Position numbers and translations under genes: made by a program. A stretch of 64,000 nt of DNA from Candidatus Latescibacterota bacterium (GTDB lineage Bacteria; Latescibacterota; CBDEFO01), in assembly GCA_965237525.1 (NCBI GenBank), contig CBDEFO010000004.1, positions 160,001 through 224,000 of the forward strand, read 5' to 3'. The notes under the pieces were generated by a model, which did no database searches, was not told the DNA's origin, and saw only the letters and a program-made list of their open reading frames with translations. Below, one piece after another: positions 53,573 through 62,863 of the stretch. The number at the start of each line of letters is the position of its first letter. The first letter of the stretch is position 1.

Positions 53573-53868
53573 TTATTTCAGTTCTACAAGAATAGCGCAT
53601 CCTTCGCTGGAGCCAAGATTCTCTGTGGCGTGCTCCACCGCGTCTGCGAAAATTGCCTCGCCCGCTTTCAACTCAACTTCTGCGGTTCCCCCATCAGGTA
53701 AGGTGAAGTTGTACTTGCCATCGCTTATGCCAATGGCAACGAGAGCTGGGTGCGAATGCATATCTGTCTTTTGACCGGGCTTCATCCGACTTTCTAGCAC
53801 CCGCACCCGATCGTCTCCAGTATAACCTTGTAGACATGCGGTGCCGCAGCCGTTGCATCTCTTGCCAT
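53573..53868 (-). pseudogene. cupin domain protein, one frameshift near 53815
   Basis: MARDA..AAPHVYKV then DDRVRVLE..KPGQKTDMHSHP..EHATEN..VELK. Confidence 0.75.
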
Positions 53869-53911
53869 TTTGCTCTTCCTTTATTCCTTTATAATGAACA
53901 GAGACCATCTC

Positions 53912-54008
53912 GGATAACGTTTGCCACCATACGAAGTTATGCATAACGAAGTAGAGCAGAATCCGAGAAAGCAAAGTGCAATAAGCCTTTCGTATAGTGC
54001 TGTTAGGT
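53912..54008 (-). other. attC-like recombination site 1
   Basis: Minus strand: ACCTAAC-AG-CACTATACGAA...TTCGTATGGTG-GCAAAC-GTTATCC. Confidence 0.7.
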
Positions 54009-54030
54009 GCGCCGAGCGGAGGGGTCACAT

Positions 54031-54309
54031 TCAGCTTTTTTTCAATCTATAGAGTTGTGGTTTTGTCTTTGGTATTCTTTCTATAGTATTTCTTGCTTCG
54101 AGATCAAGTTTAATAACCTCTACATACCAAGATATCGAACCTTCGAATCCATCCTTTAGGTTCTTTTCAACAGCTTTTGATAATGAAGCAAAAGTTAATT
54201 CTTTCGATTTTAAGGTTTCGACTATTGATTCTCGGATAACTTTATACTTCGCTTTGCTGATATTCACTCCCTTCTTTCCTTCAGGATGTTGAGTTAAAAT
54301 TCTTTCCAT
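54031..54309 (-). CDS. small winged-helix-like cassette protein (DUF6958-like)
   Basis: HPEGKKGVNISKAKY, FEGSISWY and KLDLEAR; lies between attC-like sites. Confidence 0.75.
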   Translation of the reverse strand: MERILTQHPEGKKGVNISKAKYKVIRESIVETLKSKELTFASLSKAVEKNLKDGFEGSISWYVEVIKLDLEARNTIERIPKTKPQLYRLKKS

Positions 54310-54323
54310 TTAGCCTAAATGTC

Positions 54324-54410
54324 ACCTAACGTTCCACGGGTTAATGAACCCCTAAGGGGTTGGCGAAGCCCAAGCGGCGAACGCCGCGCAGCATTAACCC
54401 GCTGCTAACG
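54324..54410 (-). other. attC-like recombination site 2
   Basis: Minus strand: CGTTAGC-AG-CGGGTTAATG...CATTAACCCG-TGGAAC-GTTAGGT. Confidence 0.7.
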
Positions 54411-54424
54411 GAAGTGGTAATATT

Positions 54425-54640
54425 TCAATCTCTAAGTTCAGAAACGTCATCCTGGTACCACACAGAGATAATTGTTTTGGATGGCTCTAAGCTGCCCCCA
54501 CAGGACGTCTGCTGGATATCCTTGATTTGAATTTTTGGATTTTCTCTAAGCCAATTGTTGATTTCCTTCTCGAGAGCAGACGAGCTTCTTGACAAGGACC
54601 TGAAGTATCCCCTTTCTTTGGCAAACAATTTCACTAGCAT
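54425..54640 (-). CDS. small hypothetical cassette protein
   Basis: AGGAG RBS; MLVKLF..LEKEINNWL.ENP.IQI..I.Q..ISVWY. Confidence 0.65.
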   Translation of the reverse strand: MLVKLFAKERGYFRSLSRSSSALEKEINNWLRENPKIQIKDIQQTSCGGSLEPSKTIISVWYQDDVSELRD

Positions 54641-54733
54641 GAAGACTCCTCTTCTGTGTAAGATCAATGAGGTAATTTAGCTTACGCAAGTGAAGTCAAC
54701 TGGGACACAGGGACGTGCTGTCTTCATATCCAT

Positions 54734-54811
54734 TTCCGTTAACTCAAAATCACCGAAACACTTCGTTTATGCTCCTAAATTGGAATATTTTTCGACGTAC
54801 TTGGTTTATGC
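54734..54811 (-). other. attI-like leader site
   Basis: Core GTTAACGGAA at 54734-54743; upstream 13-bp direct repeats at 54760-54772 and 54799-54811 (12/13 identical). Confidence 0.5.
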
Positions 54812-54897
54812 ACTACTCTACGTGAGAACACAAAATGTAATTTTTGCTATTTTCATCTTCTTCAAGGTCAAAGCTAAAAGCTCTATTCCCCGGGACG

Positions 54898-55506
54898 TCA
54901 TATCAAATAGACGATAGTAAAGAGTATAATCCAGACAAGATCCACAAAGTGCCAGTACAGCCCAATTATCTCAACGCCGGTGTGATCTTCTTGTGAATAG
55001 CCGCCGCGGAACGCCTTTACCGTGACAAAGATCATGCAAAGGACTCCTATAGTCACGTGGGCGCCGTGGAAGCCCGTCAAGGTGAAGAAACAGGCCCCGA
55101 AAAGGGTGCCGCTGACAACAAGCCCCCCGTGGATTAATTCACTGTATTCGTACGCCTGTACGCTCAAGAACAACGCCCCCAGGATCACGGTTCCCACAAG
55201 GTATTTCTTGAGCCCTCTTTGATCATCGTTCCCAATTGCCGCAAACGCCTTTACCATGGTCACACTGCTGCAGATCAGGATAAAGGTGTTAAGAGCAGTA
55301 AGCGGCACGTTAAGGATATCACCGGGGGTTGCCCAAAGGGGACTGTCGGGCCAGCTAAGGCTTCCGAACCGGAGCACAATATAAGATCCGATCAAACCCG
55401 TAAAAAACATGACCTCCGAGCCGAGAAATACCCACATCCCTAACTTCTTGGTCTCCAGACCGAGGCTCGTCTCAGAGGGAGGTGGCAACGGTATTGCTTC
55501 TGCCAT
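54898..55506 (-). CDS. ctaE: cytochrome c oxidase subunit III
   Basis: GMWVFLGSEVMFF, TGFHGAHV and LYWHFVDLVW. Confidence 0.93.
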   Translation of the reverse strand: MAEAIPLPPPSETSLGLETKKLGMWVFLGSEVMFFTGLIGSYIVLRFGSLSWPDSPLWATPGDILNVPLTALNTFILICSSVTMVKAFAAIGNDDQRGLKKYLVGTVILGALFLSVQAYEYSELIHGGLVVSGTLFGACFFTLTGFHGAHVTIGVLCMIFVTVKAFRGGYSQEDHTGVEIIGLYWHFVDLVWIILFTIVYLI

Positions 55507-55530
55507 TTTATGGTTCTCCTTGTTTGATAT

Positions 55531-56526
55531 TCACGATAAAGGAACCTTGTCAAATATCATAACTGTCAACAATAGGGGAAGATAGATCAGTGAAGCTAAC
55601 ATAAGCATTCGGGCATACGCCTCGGTTCTGAAGAGGGCAAAACACAGGCTGCATCCTAAAAGTAAGAGACTCAGACAGAGTGCCACAAAGAAGTAGAGCA
55701 CACCTACCATACCCAGAAAGGCAGGGATTAGGCTGAAAGACATCAGGACAAGACTATAAAGGGCGGCCTGTCGCCCCGTGCTTTTTCCATCAGGATCAAA
55801 AAAAGGCAGCATCTTGCAGCCAGCTTTTGCATAATCGTCCCTGTAGATCCAGGCGATTGAGAGGAAATGAGGAAATTGCCAAAAGAAGAGGATCAAAAAG
55901 AGCATCCAAGCCTCAGAATTGATCTGGCCCCTTGCTGCTGCCCAACCCCCTATGGAGGGAATCGACCCTGGAATTGCCCCTATCAGTGTATTCAAGGACG
56001 TCTTTCTTTTCAGAGGAGTGTACAAGAACAGATAGCTCGAGATGGTGACTACAGAAAGCAAGCTGGTGGTAAGATTGACCAGAATGGCAAGGTATATAAC
56101 CCCTGTGACAGATAGGCCAACGCCGAAGCGCAGGGCGTCCTCCGGGTCCAATCGCCCAGATGGAAGAGGACGATCTTTCGTTCGCTGCATCTGTGAATCG
56201 AACTCGCGCTCAAGGAACTGGTTCAATGCAGCGGCTCCTCCTGCTACCAATGCCGCCCCAGCAAGCGCGTGGAGCAGAAGAAAGATGTCAAGGGCACCTG
56301 TGGACCCGAGATAGAATCCAGACAGAGTGGTCAAAAGAACAAACGACGTAATCCGGGGTTTTACAAGCTGAAGGTAATCCGATATTTTCTTGAGGACATC
56401 GTCGGATAGTCTAAATTCCCCTCTTGCAGCTAAAGAAACATTGGAGTTTCTTAGGCTTGGGACGCTATCTTTGCCCAAAGGACCGTCTGATGATAGATCG
56501 AGAGTATATGTATCCTCTTTCTGCAT
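55531..56526 (-). CDS. ctaB: protoheme IX farnesyltransferase (heme O synthase)
   Basis: KPRI, MQRTKDRPLPSG, YTPLKR and WQFPHF. Confidence 0.93.
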   Translation of the reverse strand: MQKEDTYTLDLSSDGPLGKDSVPSLRNSNVSLAARGEFRLSDDVLKKISDYLQLVKPRITSFVLLTTLSGFYLGSTGALDIFLLLHALAGAALVAGGAAALNQFLEREFDSQMQRTKDRPLPSGRLDPEDALRFGVGLSVTGVIYLAILVNLTTSLLSVVTISSYLFLYTPLKRKTSLNTLIGAIPGSIPSIGGWAAARGQINSEAWMLFLILFFWQFPHFLSIAWIYRDDYAKAGCKMLPFFDPDGKSTGRQAALYSLVLMSFSLIPAFLGMVGVLYFFVALCLSLLLLGCSLCFALFRTEAYARMLMLASLIYLPLLLTVMIFDKVPLS

Positions 56527-56528
56527 CT

Positions 56529-57527
56529 TTACCGCGTCTCCAAGGTTCTCTCAGGAATGCCCAGCATCTGGTAGGATCTTAGCGTAAGGGTCAGGCTTGA
56601 GGCCAAAACGAGGGCGCCGACTCCTACGTGGGCAGTCGTCAGATAGACCTCTTTGGCCGTCCAGATGACGAACGCCCCAAGGAGGATCTGAATGACCAAA
56701 AGCCCCGCCATAAGGAGTGATGGAACTAAAAGTCTGACTTGATCTTTATAGTCCCTGATGATCTTTGTTACTGTCCACAGGCCTCCTATCGTCACGACCC
56801 CCGCTCCTACCCTATGGGCAAAGTGGATGAGGATTCCTGTCCGGTATTCGTCTAAAAGGGAGAAGATCGGAGGAACCAGGCGGCCGAAAGAAAGGGGAAA
56901 GTCAGGAATAGCAAGTCCTGATCCTGTGTGTCGCACAAGGGCACCCAACAAAAGCTGAAGATAGATAAATGCGGTAGTTGTAAGAGAAAGGGATCGTAAG
57001 GAGGGAATGCCTCTATCTTCAAGTTTATTCGGACAATTAGGACCGCTCGCACCACGCTTCCATTCGGATGAAGTGAAAAGAGCCAGGCTGACGGTGATAC
57101 CAAAGAAGGCCTGAGCCAAGCAGGCGTGAGTCACCGAGATGAAAGTCGGGAGTCGGTAGATAACAGTTAACCCTCCCAGGACTCCCTGAACAACGATAGT
57201 TGCCAGCGCTCCCATTCCCAGCGAGCGAACCCACCGGCGGGGTTCCTTGAACCATAGCCAAAAAGAAAGGATCACCGTCAAAAAACCTACAGACATAGCG
57301 ATCATGCGATGTCCATGTTCATAAAATATCCCTCCGACCATGGGAGGGAAGAGCGTACCATACGAAAGCGGCCAATCAGGCACTGAGAGGCCGGAGCCGG
57401 TGCTGGTGACCAGACCGCCTGCGATGATCAGAACGAACGTCCCCGCCGCTGTTAGCACGGCGAACCGATGGAGCCACAGATTATCCCTTGACCTGCTCAC
57501 TTCAAGTGTGTTTCTACTTTCCACCAT
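56529..57527 (-). CDS. ctaA: heme A synthase (COX15/CtaA)
   Basis: GGLVTSTGSGLSVPDWP, EHGHR and HFAHR. Confidence 0.9.
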   Translation of the reverse strand: MVESRNTLEVSRSRDNLWLHRFAVLTAAGTFVLIIAGGLVTSTGSGLSVPDWPLSYGTLFPPMVGGIFYEHGHRMIAMSVGFLTVILSFWLWFKEPRRWVRSLGMGALATIVVQGVLGGLTVIYRLPTFISVTHACLAQAFFGITVSLALFTSSEWKRGASGPNCPNKLEDRGIPSLRSLSLTTTAFIYLQLLLGALVRHTGSGLAIPDFPLSFGRLVPPIFSLLDEYRTGILIHFAHRVGAGVVTIGGLWTVTKIIRDYKDQVRLLVPSLLMAGLLVIQILLGAFVIWTAKEVYLTTAHVGVGALVLASSLTLTLRSYQMLGIPERTLETR

Positions 57528-59325
57528 CGCCCCCTGCGGGGACCTCTTCAAGATTGCGGGATTGAAGCAGCCAATCTTCCTGGACCTGGGGTGAACTGTA
57601 CTCGTGTGGACCCCGATAGACCGTAGGGATCGTATCAAAGTTCCCGTGCCCCGGAGGAGAGGGACAGATCCATTCGAGCGTGTTCGCCCGCCAAGGGTTC
57701 TTGTCCGACACCTTCCCTCTGTAAAGAGAGTAGAAGAAGTTGATAAAGAAGGGGATTTGAGCAAATCCGAGCACGATGCTGCTGATCGTCATAAAGACAT
57801 TTAACGGTTGAAGGGGCTGGAGGAATTCGTAAAAAGTGGGGTCGTATATTCTTCGCATCATTCCGCCGGCTCCCGCCATGTGCATTGGGAAGAAGACGCC
57901 ATTCATACTGATGAAGGTCAACCAGAAGTGTACTTTACCCCAGCGTTCGTTCATCAAGCGTCCGAATATCTTGGGAAACCAGAAGTAGATTCCGGCGAAG
58001 ATCGCCATCACGCTTCCCGTGAAGACGACATAGTGGATATGGGCGACGATGAAGTAGGTATCGTGAATGAAGATGTCAACCGGCGTGGATGCCATAAAGA
58101 TACCGCTTAAGCCGCCGATGATGAAGTGGGCTACAAACGCTATGGCAAAGCACATCGGTGTAGTAAACCAAATGGATGCGCCCCAAAGCGTTCCGAGCCA
58201 ATTGAACGTCTTGACGGACGACGGAACGGCGATTACCATGGTGGAGATCATAAAGGTCGTGCCCAAGACAGGGTTCATCCCGCTCTGGAACATGTGATGT
58301 CCCCAGACGATGAAGCCCAAACCCGCGATCGAAATCAAAGAGAAGACCATCGCCTTATACCCGAAGATGGGCTTGCGGGCAAAGGTCGAGATTATGTCCG
58401 AGACTATGCCCATAGCCGGCAGAATCATAATATAGACCGCAGGGTGGGAGTAGAACCAGAATACATGCTGAAATAGGAGCGGTTGTCCTCCTGCGCCCTT
58501 CTCCAGCAGCGTTCCCCCAATCATAAGACCTTTCGGCAGGAAGAAGCTGGTTCCGAGGACCCGATCAAAAAACAACATTATCACGCCAGCGGTCAAGACG
58601 GGCGTTGCTAAGACCTGGAGAATTGCCGTTATAAAGAGAGACCAGATCGAAAGAGGAAGGCGCAGCATCGACATCCCAGGCGCCCTCAAATTTAGGATGG
58701 TCGTGACATAGTTCATCCCTCCTACTACGGACGACATCCCCACCAGACCGATGCCTATGAGCCACAAGTTCGTTCCGTTGCCTGGCAGTGTAGCAGCAAG
58801 GGGAGGATATGTTGTCCAGCCGGCGCCGGCTGGCCCTCCTTCTGCCCAGAAGCTGGAAAATACGATGATCGCCGCAGGCCAGAACAACCAGTAGGAGATG
58901 GCGTTGAGTGTGGGAAACGCCATATCACGGTAGCCGATCTGCAGGGGAATCAGGAAGTTTGCAAAAAAACCAGCCAGAAGAGGGATAATCACAAAAAAGA
59001 TCATAATGGTGGCGTGCATTGTGAAGAGGTTGTTATAACCCTCCGGCAGGAGAATGTACTGCGTCTGGCCGGTCTCTTCGTTTACGCTTGTCTGGACGAT
59101 GCTGTCCGGAAGCAGATATCCGAAGGGCATACTTTCTCCTGGATAGGCAAGCTGCCAGCGAACACCCAAAGCTAATAGACCGCCCACAACGAAGAAAAAT
59201 AGGCTGGTAAAGAGGAACTGCTTGGCTATAACCTTGTGATCGGTGGACCAGATATATTTTCTAATGAAGCTCAGTTTGTGATGAACATCGTGGCCGGCCA
59301 TCTCAGCGCCCTTATTATCGTTCAT
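57514..59325 (-). CDS. ctaD: cytochrome c oxidase subunit I (A2 type)
   Basis: TDHKVI, FTMHATIM, WFYSHPAVY, WGHHM and HDTYFIVAHIHY. Confidence 0.96.
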   Translation of the reverse strand: MNDNKGAEMAGHDVHHKLSFIRKYIWSTDHKVIAKQFLFTSLFFFVVGGLLALGVRWQLAYPGESMPFGYLLPDSIVQTSVNEETGQTQYILLPEGYNNLFTMHATIMIFFVIIPLLAGFFANFLIPLQIGYRDMAFPTLNAISYWLFWPAAIIVFSSFWAEGGPAGAGWTTYPPLAATLPGNGTNLWLIGIGLVGMSSVVGGMNYVTTILNLRAPGMSMLRLPLSIWSLFITAILQVLATPVLTAGVIMLFFDRVLGTSFFLPKGLMIGGTLLEKGAGGQPLLFQHVFWFYSHPAVYIMILPAMGIVSDIISTFARKPIFGYKAMVFSLISIAGLGFIVWGHHMFQSGMNPVLGTTFMISTMVIAVPSSVKTFNWLGTLWGASIWFTTPMCFAIAFVAHFIIGGLSGIFMASTPVDIFIHDTYFIVAHIHYVVFTGSVMAIFAGIYFWFPKIFGRLMNERWGKVHFWLTFISMNGVFFPMHMAGAGGMMRRIYDPTFYEFLQPLQPLNVFMTISSIVLGFAQIPFFINFFYSLYRGKVSDKNPWRANTLEWICPSPPGHGNFDTIPTVYRGPHEYSSPQVQEDWLLQSRNLEEVPAGGDGGK

Positions 59326-59348
59326 ACATCATCCCCGTACATAGACTT

Positions 59349-59411
59349 GGGCGAACACGTGGGTTCGCCCCTACATCCATCTTTTGTAGGGGCAGACCCG
59401 TGTGTCTGCCC
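59349..59411. repeat. GTAG-type REP pair
   Basis: GGGCGAAC..GTTCGCCCCTACA and TGTAGGGGCAGAC..GTCTGCCC. Confidence 0.8.
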
Positions 59412-59428
59412 TGAAAATGAGATTCTTC

Positions 59429-60274
59429 TTAATAATAATATTCCTCTTCATCCAGTTTTTCCTCAAGTAATTCGTCGAGCCATGTCTGAAATTCTTCGGG
59501 TGTCTGGACAGTTATGAAACCTCTCATTCTGTAGTGCCCAAGACCACAAAGCTCGGCGCAGGCGATCTCCCAAGTTCCAGTTTGGGTCGCCACCACCCAG
59601 ACGTTGGGAGAAATCATCCCCGGGAGAACATCGTGCTTGATGCGGAAGTGAGGCAGAAAGAAGCTGTGGATGACATCTTTGGACTGCAAAAGGAAGCGAA
59701 CGTTTCGGTTGGCAGGAATATGGAGAATGTTAATCGTTGTCAGATCGTCCGCAGAGACAGGGTCGCTCCCGTCAATTCCGAGCGGGTTGTCGGAGGTTAT
59801 CAGTTTTGGATCGCGTCTGGCGAACTTCCCATCCGGCCCAGAGTATCTAAAGTTCCAAGCGAATTGCTCCGCAACAACTTCTATGTCGAACGTATCTTCG
59901 GGAATATCATAGCGAAGATCTGACCAGATCGTGTTACTGTAGATCGCCAAACCGATAAAAAAGATTGTCGGGACTATAGTCCAGACGAATTCAAGACGGG
60001 TATTACCGCGAGAATAGACGGCTCTGCGGCCCTCCCGACGGCGATAACGGATCATAAAGTAAATCAGGAGACCCTCAGTGATTAGGAACACAAAGCCTGT
60101 AACCCCGAGGATAAAAAAGTACAAAGAGTCGATCTTGGAACCGTGGAGCGAGACATCTTCCGGAAAACTCCAGCTAAATAACCGAGAATCAATGGCAAAC
60201 GCAGGGGCAGATCCTGAGGAGAGGATCGCAAGGACTGTCAAGATTAGCAACTTAATCAAAGTACGCAGATTCAT
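59429..60274 (-). CDS. ctaC: cytochrome c oxidase subunit II
   Basis: CuA ligands DVIHSF and CAELCGLGHYRM; no fused heme c domain. Confidence 0.94.
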   Translation of the reverse strand: MNLRTLIKLLILTVLAILSSGSAPAFAIDSRLFSWSFPEDVSLHGSKIDSLYFFILGVTGFVFLITEGLLIYFMIRYRRREGRRAVYSRGNTRLEFVWTIVPTIFFIGLAIYSNTIWSDLRYDIPEDTFDIEVVAEQFAWNFRYSGPDGKFARRDPKLITSDNPLGIDGSDPVSADDLTTINILHIPANRNVRFLLQSKDVIHSFFLPHFRIKHDVLPGMISPNVWVVATQTGTWEIACAELCGLGHYRMRGFITVQTPEEFQTWLDELLEEKLDEEEYYY

Positions 60275-60370
60275 CTTCGGCCTTCTCCGTACGCAAGACT
60301 GTTGTGAAGAGTCCCGAAAAGTATCGAAAAACTTTCTTGGGGGAAGAGAGACAGATTTCGGGTGTGACTC

Positions 60371-61096
60371 TTACTTAGATCTGCTCGGAGGTATAAAGGT
60401 GAAGTCGATAGTCTTGGTCTCCCCTGCTCCCACTTTCACAGTCTGGGTCCGGGTTCCGAAGACCTCGTGCCAGGCTTCGATAACGTATTCCCCAGGCGGA
60501 AGGGAGTTCAACTGGAAGGTTCCTTTTTCTCCGGTAACACAGTAGAAGGGGTGTTCAAGGACGCCGATATAGGCGGTCATCCAGGGATGAACATCGCACT
60601 TTACGGGCATCATGACCTCTTCGAACTCAAACTCCTTTACCATTTCCTTCAACTGTTTTGGCATCGATATGTTAAATTCGTCGTTCTCCTCGGGCATGCA
60701 ATGGATATTATGGAGGATGCCGTCGCTGTTGAGTATCTTTAAAAGCTGTCCCACCTGAATCCCAACTATATGAGGAACGTACATACAGCCATTTTGATCC
60801 AGAACGACCGGCTCTTCAGGAGGCTCAAATCCCCCACCTTCGAGTCCCTCCCTGACATAGACGAAGACATTTCGGAGGGTACTGTCCTCATTGACAATGA
60901 CCCTCTCACTTAGAGACGGTTCGGTGTGTTTGGCAGCGCAGACAGCATCTGCGTCCATCTTTATTTTCCTTCTCCTTAGAATCTTTCCGTCAAATGCCAC
61001 TTTACCGGTGATGTTGCCACCGCCTGCAAGGACTTCGTCGAGGGTAAGAGACAGAAGAACGATTGCAGAAAGAGATAGTAGCTTTCGAAGTTTCAT
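60371..61096 (-). CDS. exported cupredoxin-like / carboxypeptidase-regulatory-like domain protein
   Basis: Signal peptide; DQNGCMY.PH, HNIH, CDVHPWM and AWHE. Confidence 0.8.
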   Translation of the reverse strand: MKLRKLLSLSAIVLLSLTLDEVLAGGGNITGKVAFDGKILRRRKIKMDADAVCAAKHTEPSLSERVIVNEDSTLRNVFVYVREGLEGGGFEPPEEPVVLDQNGCMYVPHIVGIQVGQLLKILNSDGILHNIHCMPEENDEFNISMPKQLKEMVKEFEFEEVMMPVKCDVHPWMTAYIGVLEHPFYCVTGEKGTFQLNSLPPGEYVIEAWHEVFGTRTQTVKVGAGETKTIDFTFIPPSRSK

Positions 61097-61136
61097 TGAG
61101 AACCTCCCAGGAGGATGCGGGTTACAAAAGGTAACT

Positions 61137-61460
61137 CTACGGTGAATTGGGATGCTCTTTTTTCTTCTGCTGGCGATAGGCGTTGAACACGAGAAGTCCG
61201 ACAGCTCCGACCAACACAAAAGGAGAGAACATCATCACAAGGATGCTCCAGTAGAACCCTTGGGCAAGCTCAGCCGCGCTCTCGGAGTCTCCTTCGGTGG
61301 GAATAGCAGTCTTGCACATCTCACAAGCATCCGCAGCAGCAGAGGCGGTTAGCATGAGGAGCACGATAGCACAGAGCATTCTCAGGACGGACAATCCTTG
61401 GGAGAGGAAACTGGTCTTAGTGGAGATCTTTATGGGCCTAAAGTAAAATGGATTTGTCAT
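61137..61460 (-). CDS. small membrane protein with CxxC (start uncertain)
   Basis: ADACEMCK followed by G.YWSIL and a TM helix. Confidence 0.6.
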   Translation of the reverse strand: MTNPFYFRPIKISTKTSFLSQGLSVLRMLCAIVLLMLTASAAADACEMCKTAIPTEGDSESAAELAQGFYWSILVMMFSPFVLVGAVGLLVFNAYRQQKKKEHPNSP

Positions 61461-61509
61461 AATCGTAGTAGTATCTCATAATCGTAGTAGTATAATGAGA
61501 ATTATTCCT
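61457..61509. promoter_or_regulatory. 18-bp direct repeat plus Fur-box-like sequence upstream of the cox genes
   Basis: TCATAATCGTAGTAGTAT twice (61457 and 61476); TATAATGAGAATTATTCCT matches GATAATGATAATCATTATC at 13/19. Confidence 0.4.
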
Positions 61510-61594
61510 AATAATAGCATGAAAAAGATAATCAAAAATGGGGCATAAAGCAAGACTTTTTTCGAGGCAATGGCGAAAGCTTCACAGCATTTTT

Positions 61595-62713
61595 CTATTC
61601 CTTCAGACTCACAAGATACGCCAGAAGATGGTTGAAATCGACCGTATACAGGAGATTGCCATAGTTGTCCGGCATCTTTGAGCGGACTCTCATCCTCCTT
61701 CCCGAAAGTTTACCTATGCCGTCTTTGGAGATTCTCCTGGGTTCCTCTCTGTCTTCTATCGTAAGAGTATCATCGTCCTCAGCGATCAAAGAGCCCTCCA
61801 CGGTCGTCCCGTCCTTCATCTCTGCACTCACCCAGAAATAGCCGCCTTTGAGCATATCCTTCTTTCTTCGGGTCCTACTCACCTTAATGTCAGACTTGAA
61901 CACCTTCTTTATCTCCTCACCTATCTTCAGGGTCACGCTCTCTTTGTCTTCATCTAATAAGATCCCTTCGAGCCTGCCTTCCTTATCCGATCTCAAGTAC
62001 ACCGCTCCGAAGCCTTTAACTATCTGGGCGTTGGGATGCAAAATCGACTCTTCGATGTAATCTATCGTGTTTATGGCCCCGATGTTCGTAAGGTCGGGAC
62101 CAACTCCGCTCTTGTCAACCCCTTGCCCGCCCTGTCCGCCCTCGCCTTTGACCCCATGACACGCCAGACACCCCATCGTCTCCTTAAAGATCTTTTCACC
62201 CCTTTTGGGGTCGCCCGTGATATTCCTTTCAAGAGCAGCGAGTACAAGAGCGGCCCTTTTTGTGTCCACAGGAGGTTCGAACGGAGTTATGTCGACTTCG
62301 CCCCCCTGACTTTGAAGGAAGGCTATCACTTTTGCAGTCTCTAAATTTGAGAGCGCAATAGGTGGCTTCCACACAGGAGGCATAATGTTCGGATAGCCCT
62401 TCACAACGTAAGCTTCGGGCCTGTAGAGAGATTCTATGAAGTACTCCTTAACCGTCATGCCGGGCTTTCTCGTCACCGCATTAGCACCTACGTTCTCAAG
62501 GTCGGGACACCTTGCATCTGCTTTTGGACCGATGGAGTGGCAATTTGCACACTTGCCCTTGAAAATATCCTCTCCCGCCTTCACAAAGGCTTCCACGCTC
62601 CTTCCCACACCCCTGCCCAACTCCTCAGAGACCCGAGGGATTCCCTTGTCTGCGGAAGCGCAGGCAAAGAGTATAAAGATTGTGGAAGATAGCAATTTAA
62701 GAGGTTCTTTCAT
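61595..62713 (-). CDS. diheme c-type cytochrome
   Basis: CANCH and CLACH; signal peptide or lipobox. Confidence 0.88.
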   Translation of the reverse strand: MKEPLKLLSSTIFILFACASADKGIPRVSEELGRGVGRSVEAFVKAGEDIFKGKCANCHSIGPKADARCPDLENVGANAVTRKPGMTVKEYFIESLYRPEAYVVKGYPNIMPPVWKPPIALSNLETAKVIAFLQSQGGEVDITPFEPPVDTKRAALVLAALERNITGDPKRGEKIFKETMGCLACHGVKGEGGQGGQGVDKSGVGPDLTNIGAINTIDYIEESILHPNAQIVKGFGAVYLRSDKEGRLEGILLDEDKESVTLKIGEEIKKVFKSDIKVSRTRRKKDMLKGGYFWVSAEMKDGTTVEGSLIAEDDDTLTIEDREEPRRISKDGIGKLSGRRMRVRSKMPDNYGNLLYTVDFNHLLAYLVSLKE

Positions 62714-62863
62714 CTGTGCATATCCTCGGCTTACTTTTTGAGTTGACAGGGATACAAATAGTGTGGAGGCTGAAGATGTACGAGCAAAGTTACTTCCCCC
62801 TGAGAAAACTATGAAGCTTGTGCCTTTCAGTGACGGGAATACAAAGTCGCGTTCCTCGTTTTT

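Noticed and set aside
53500..53580. Third attC-like site after the cupin gene
   Set aside because: ATAAC overlaps the stop codon, but there are no matching arms or GTT core.
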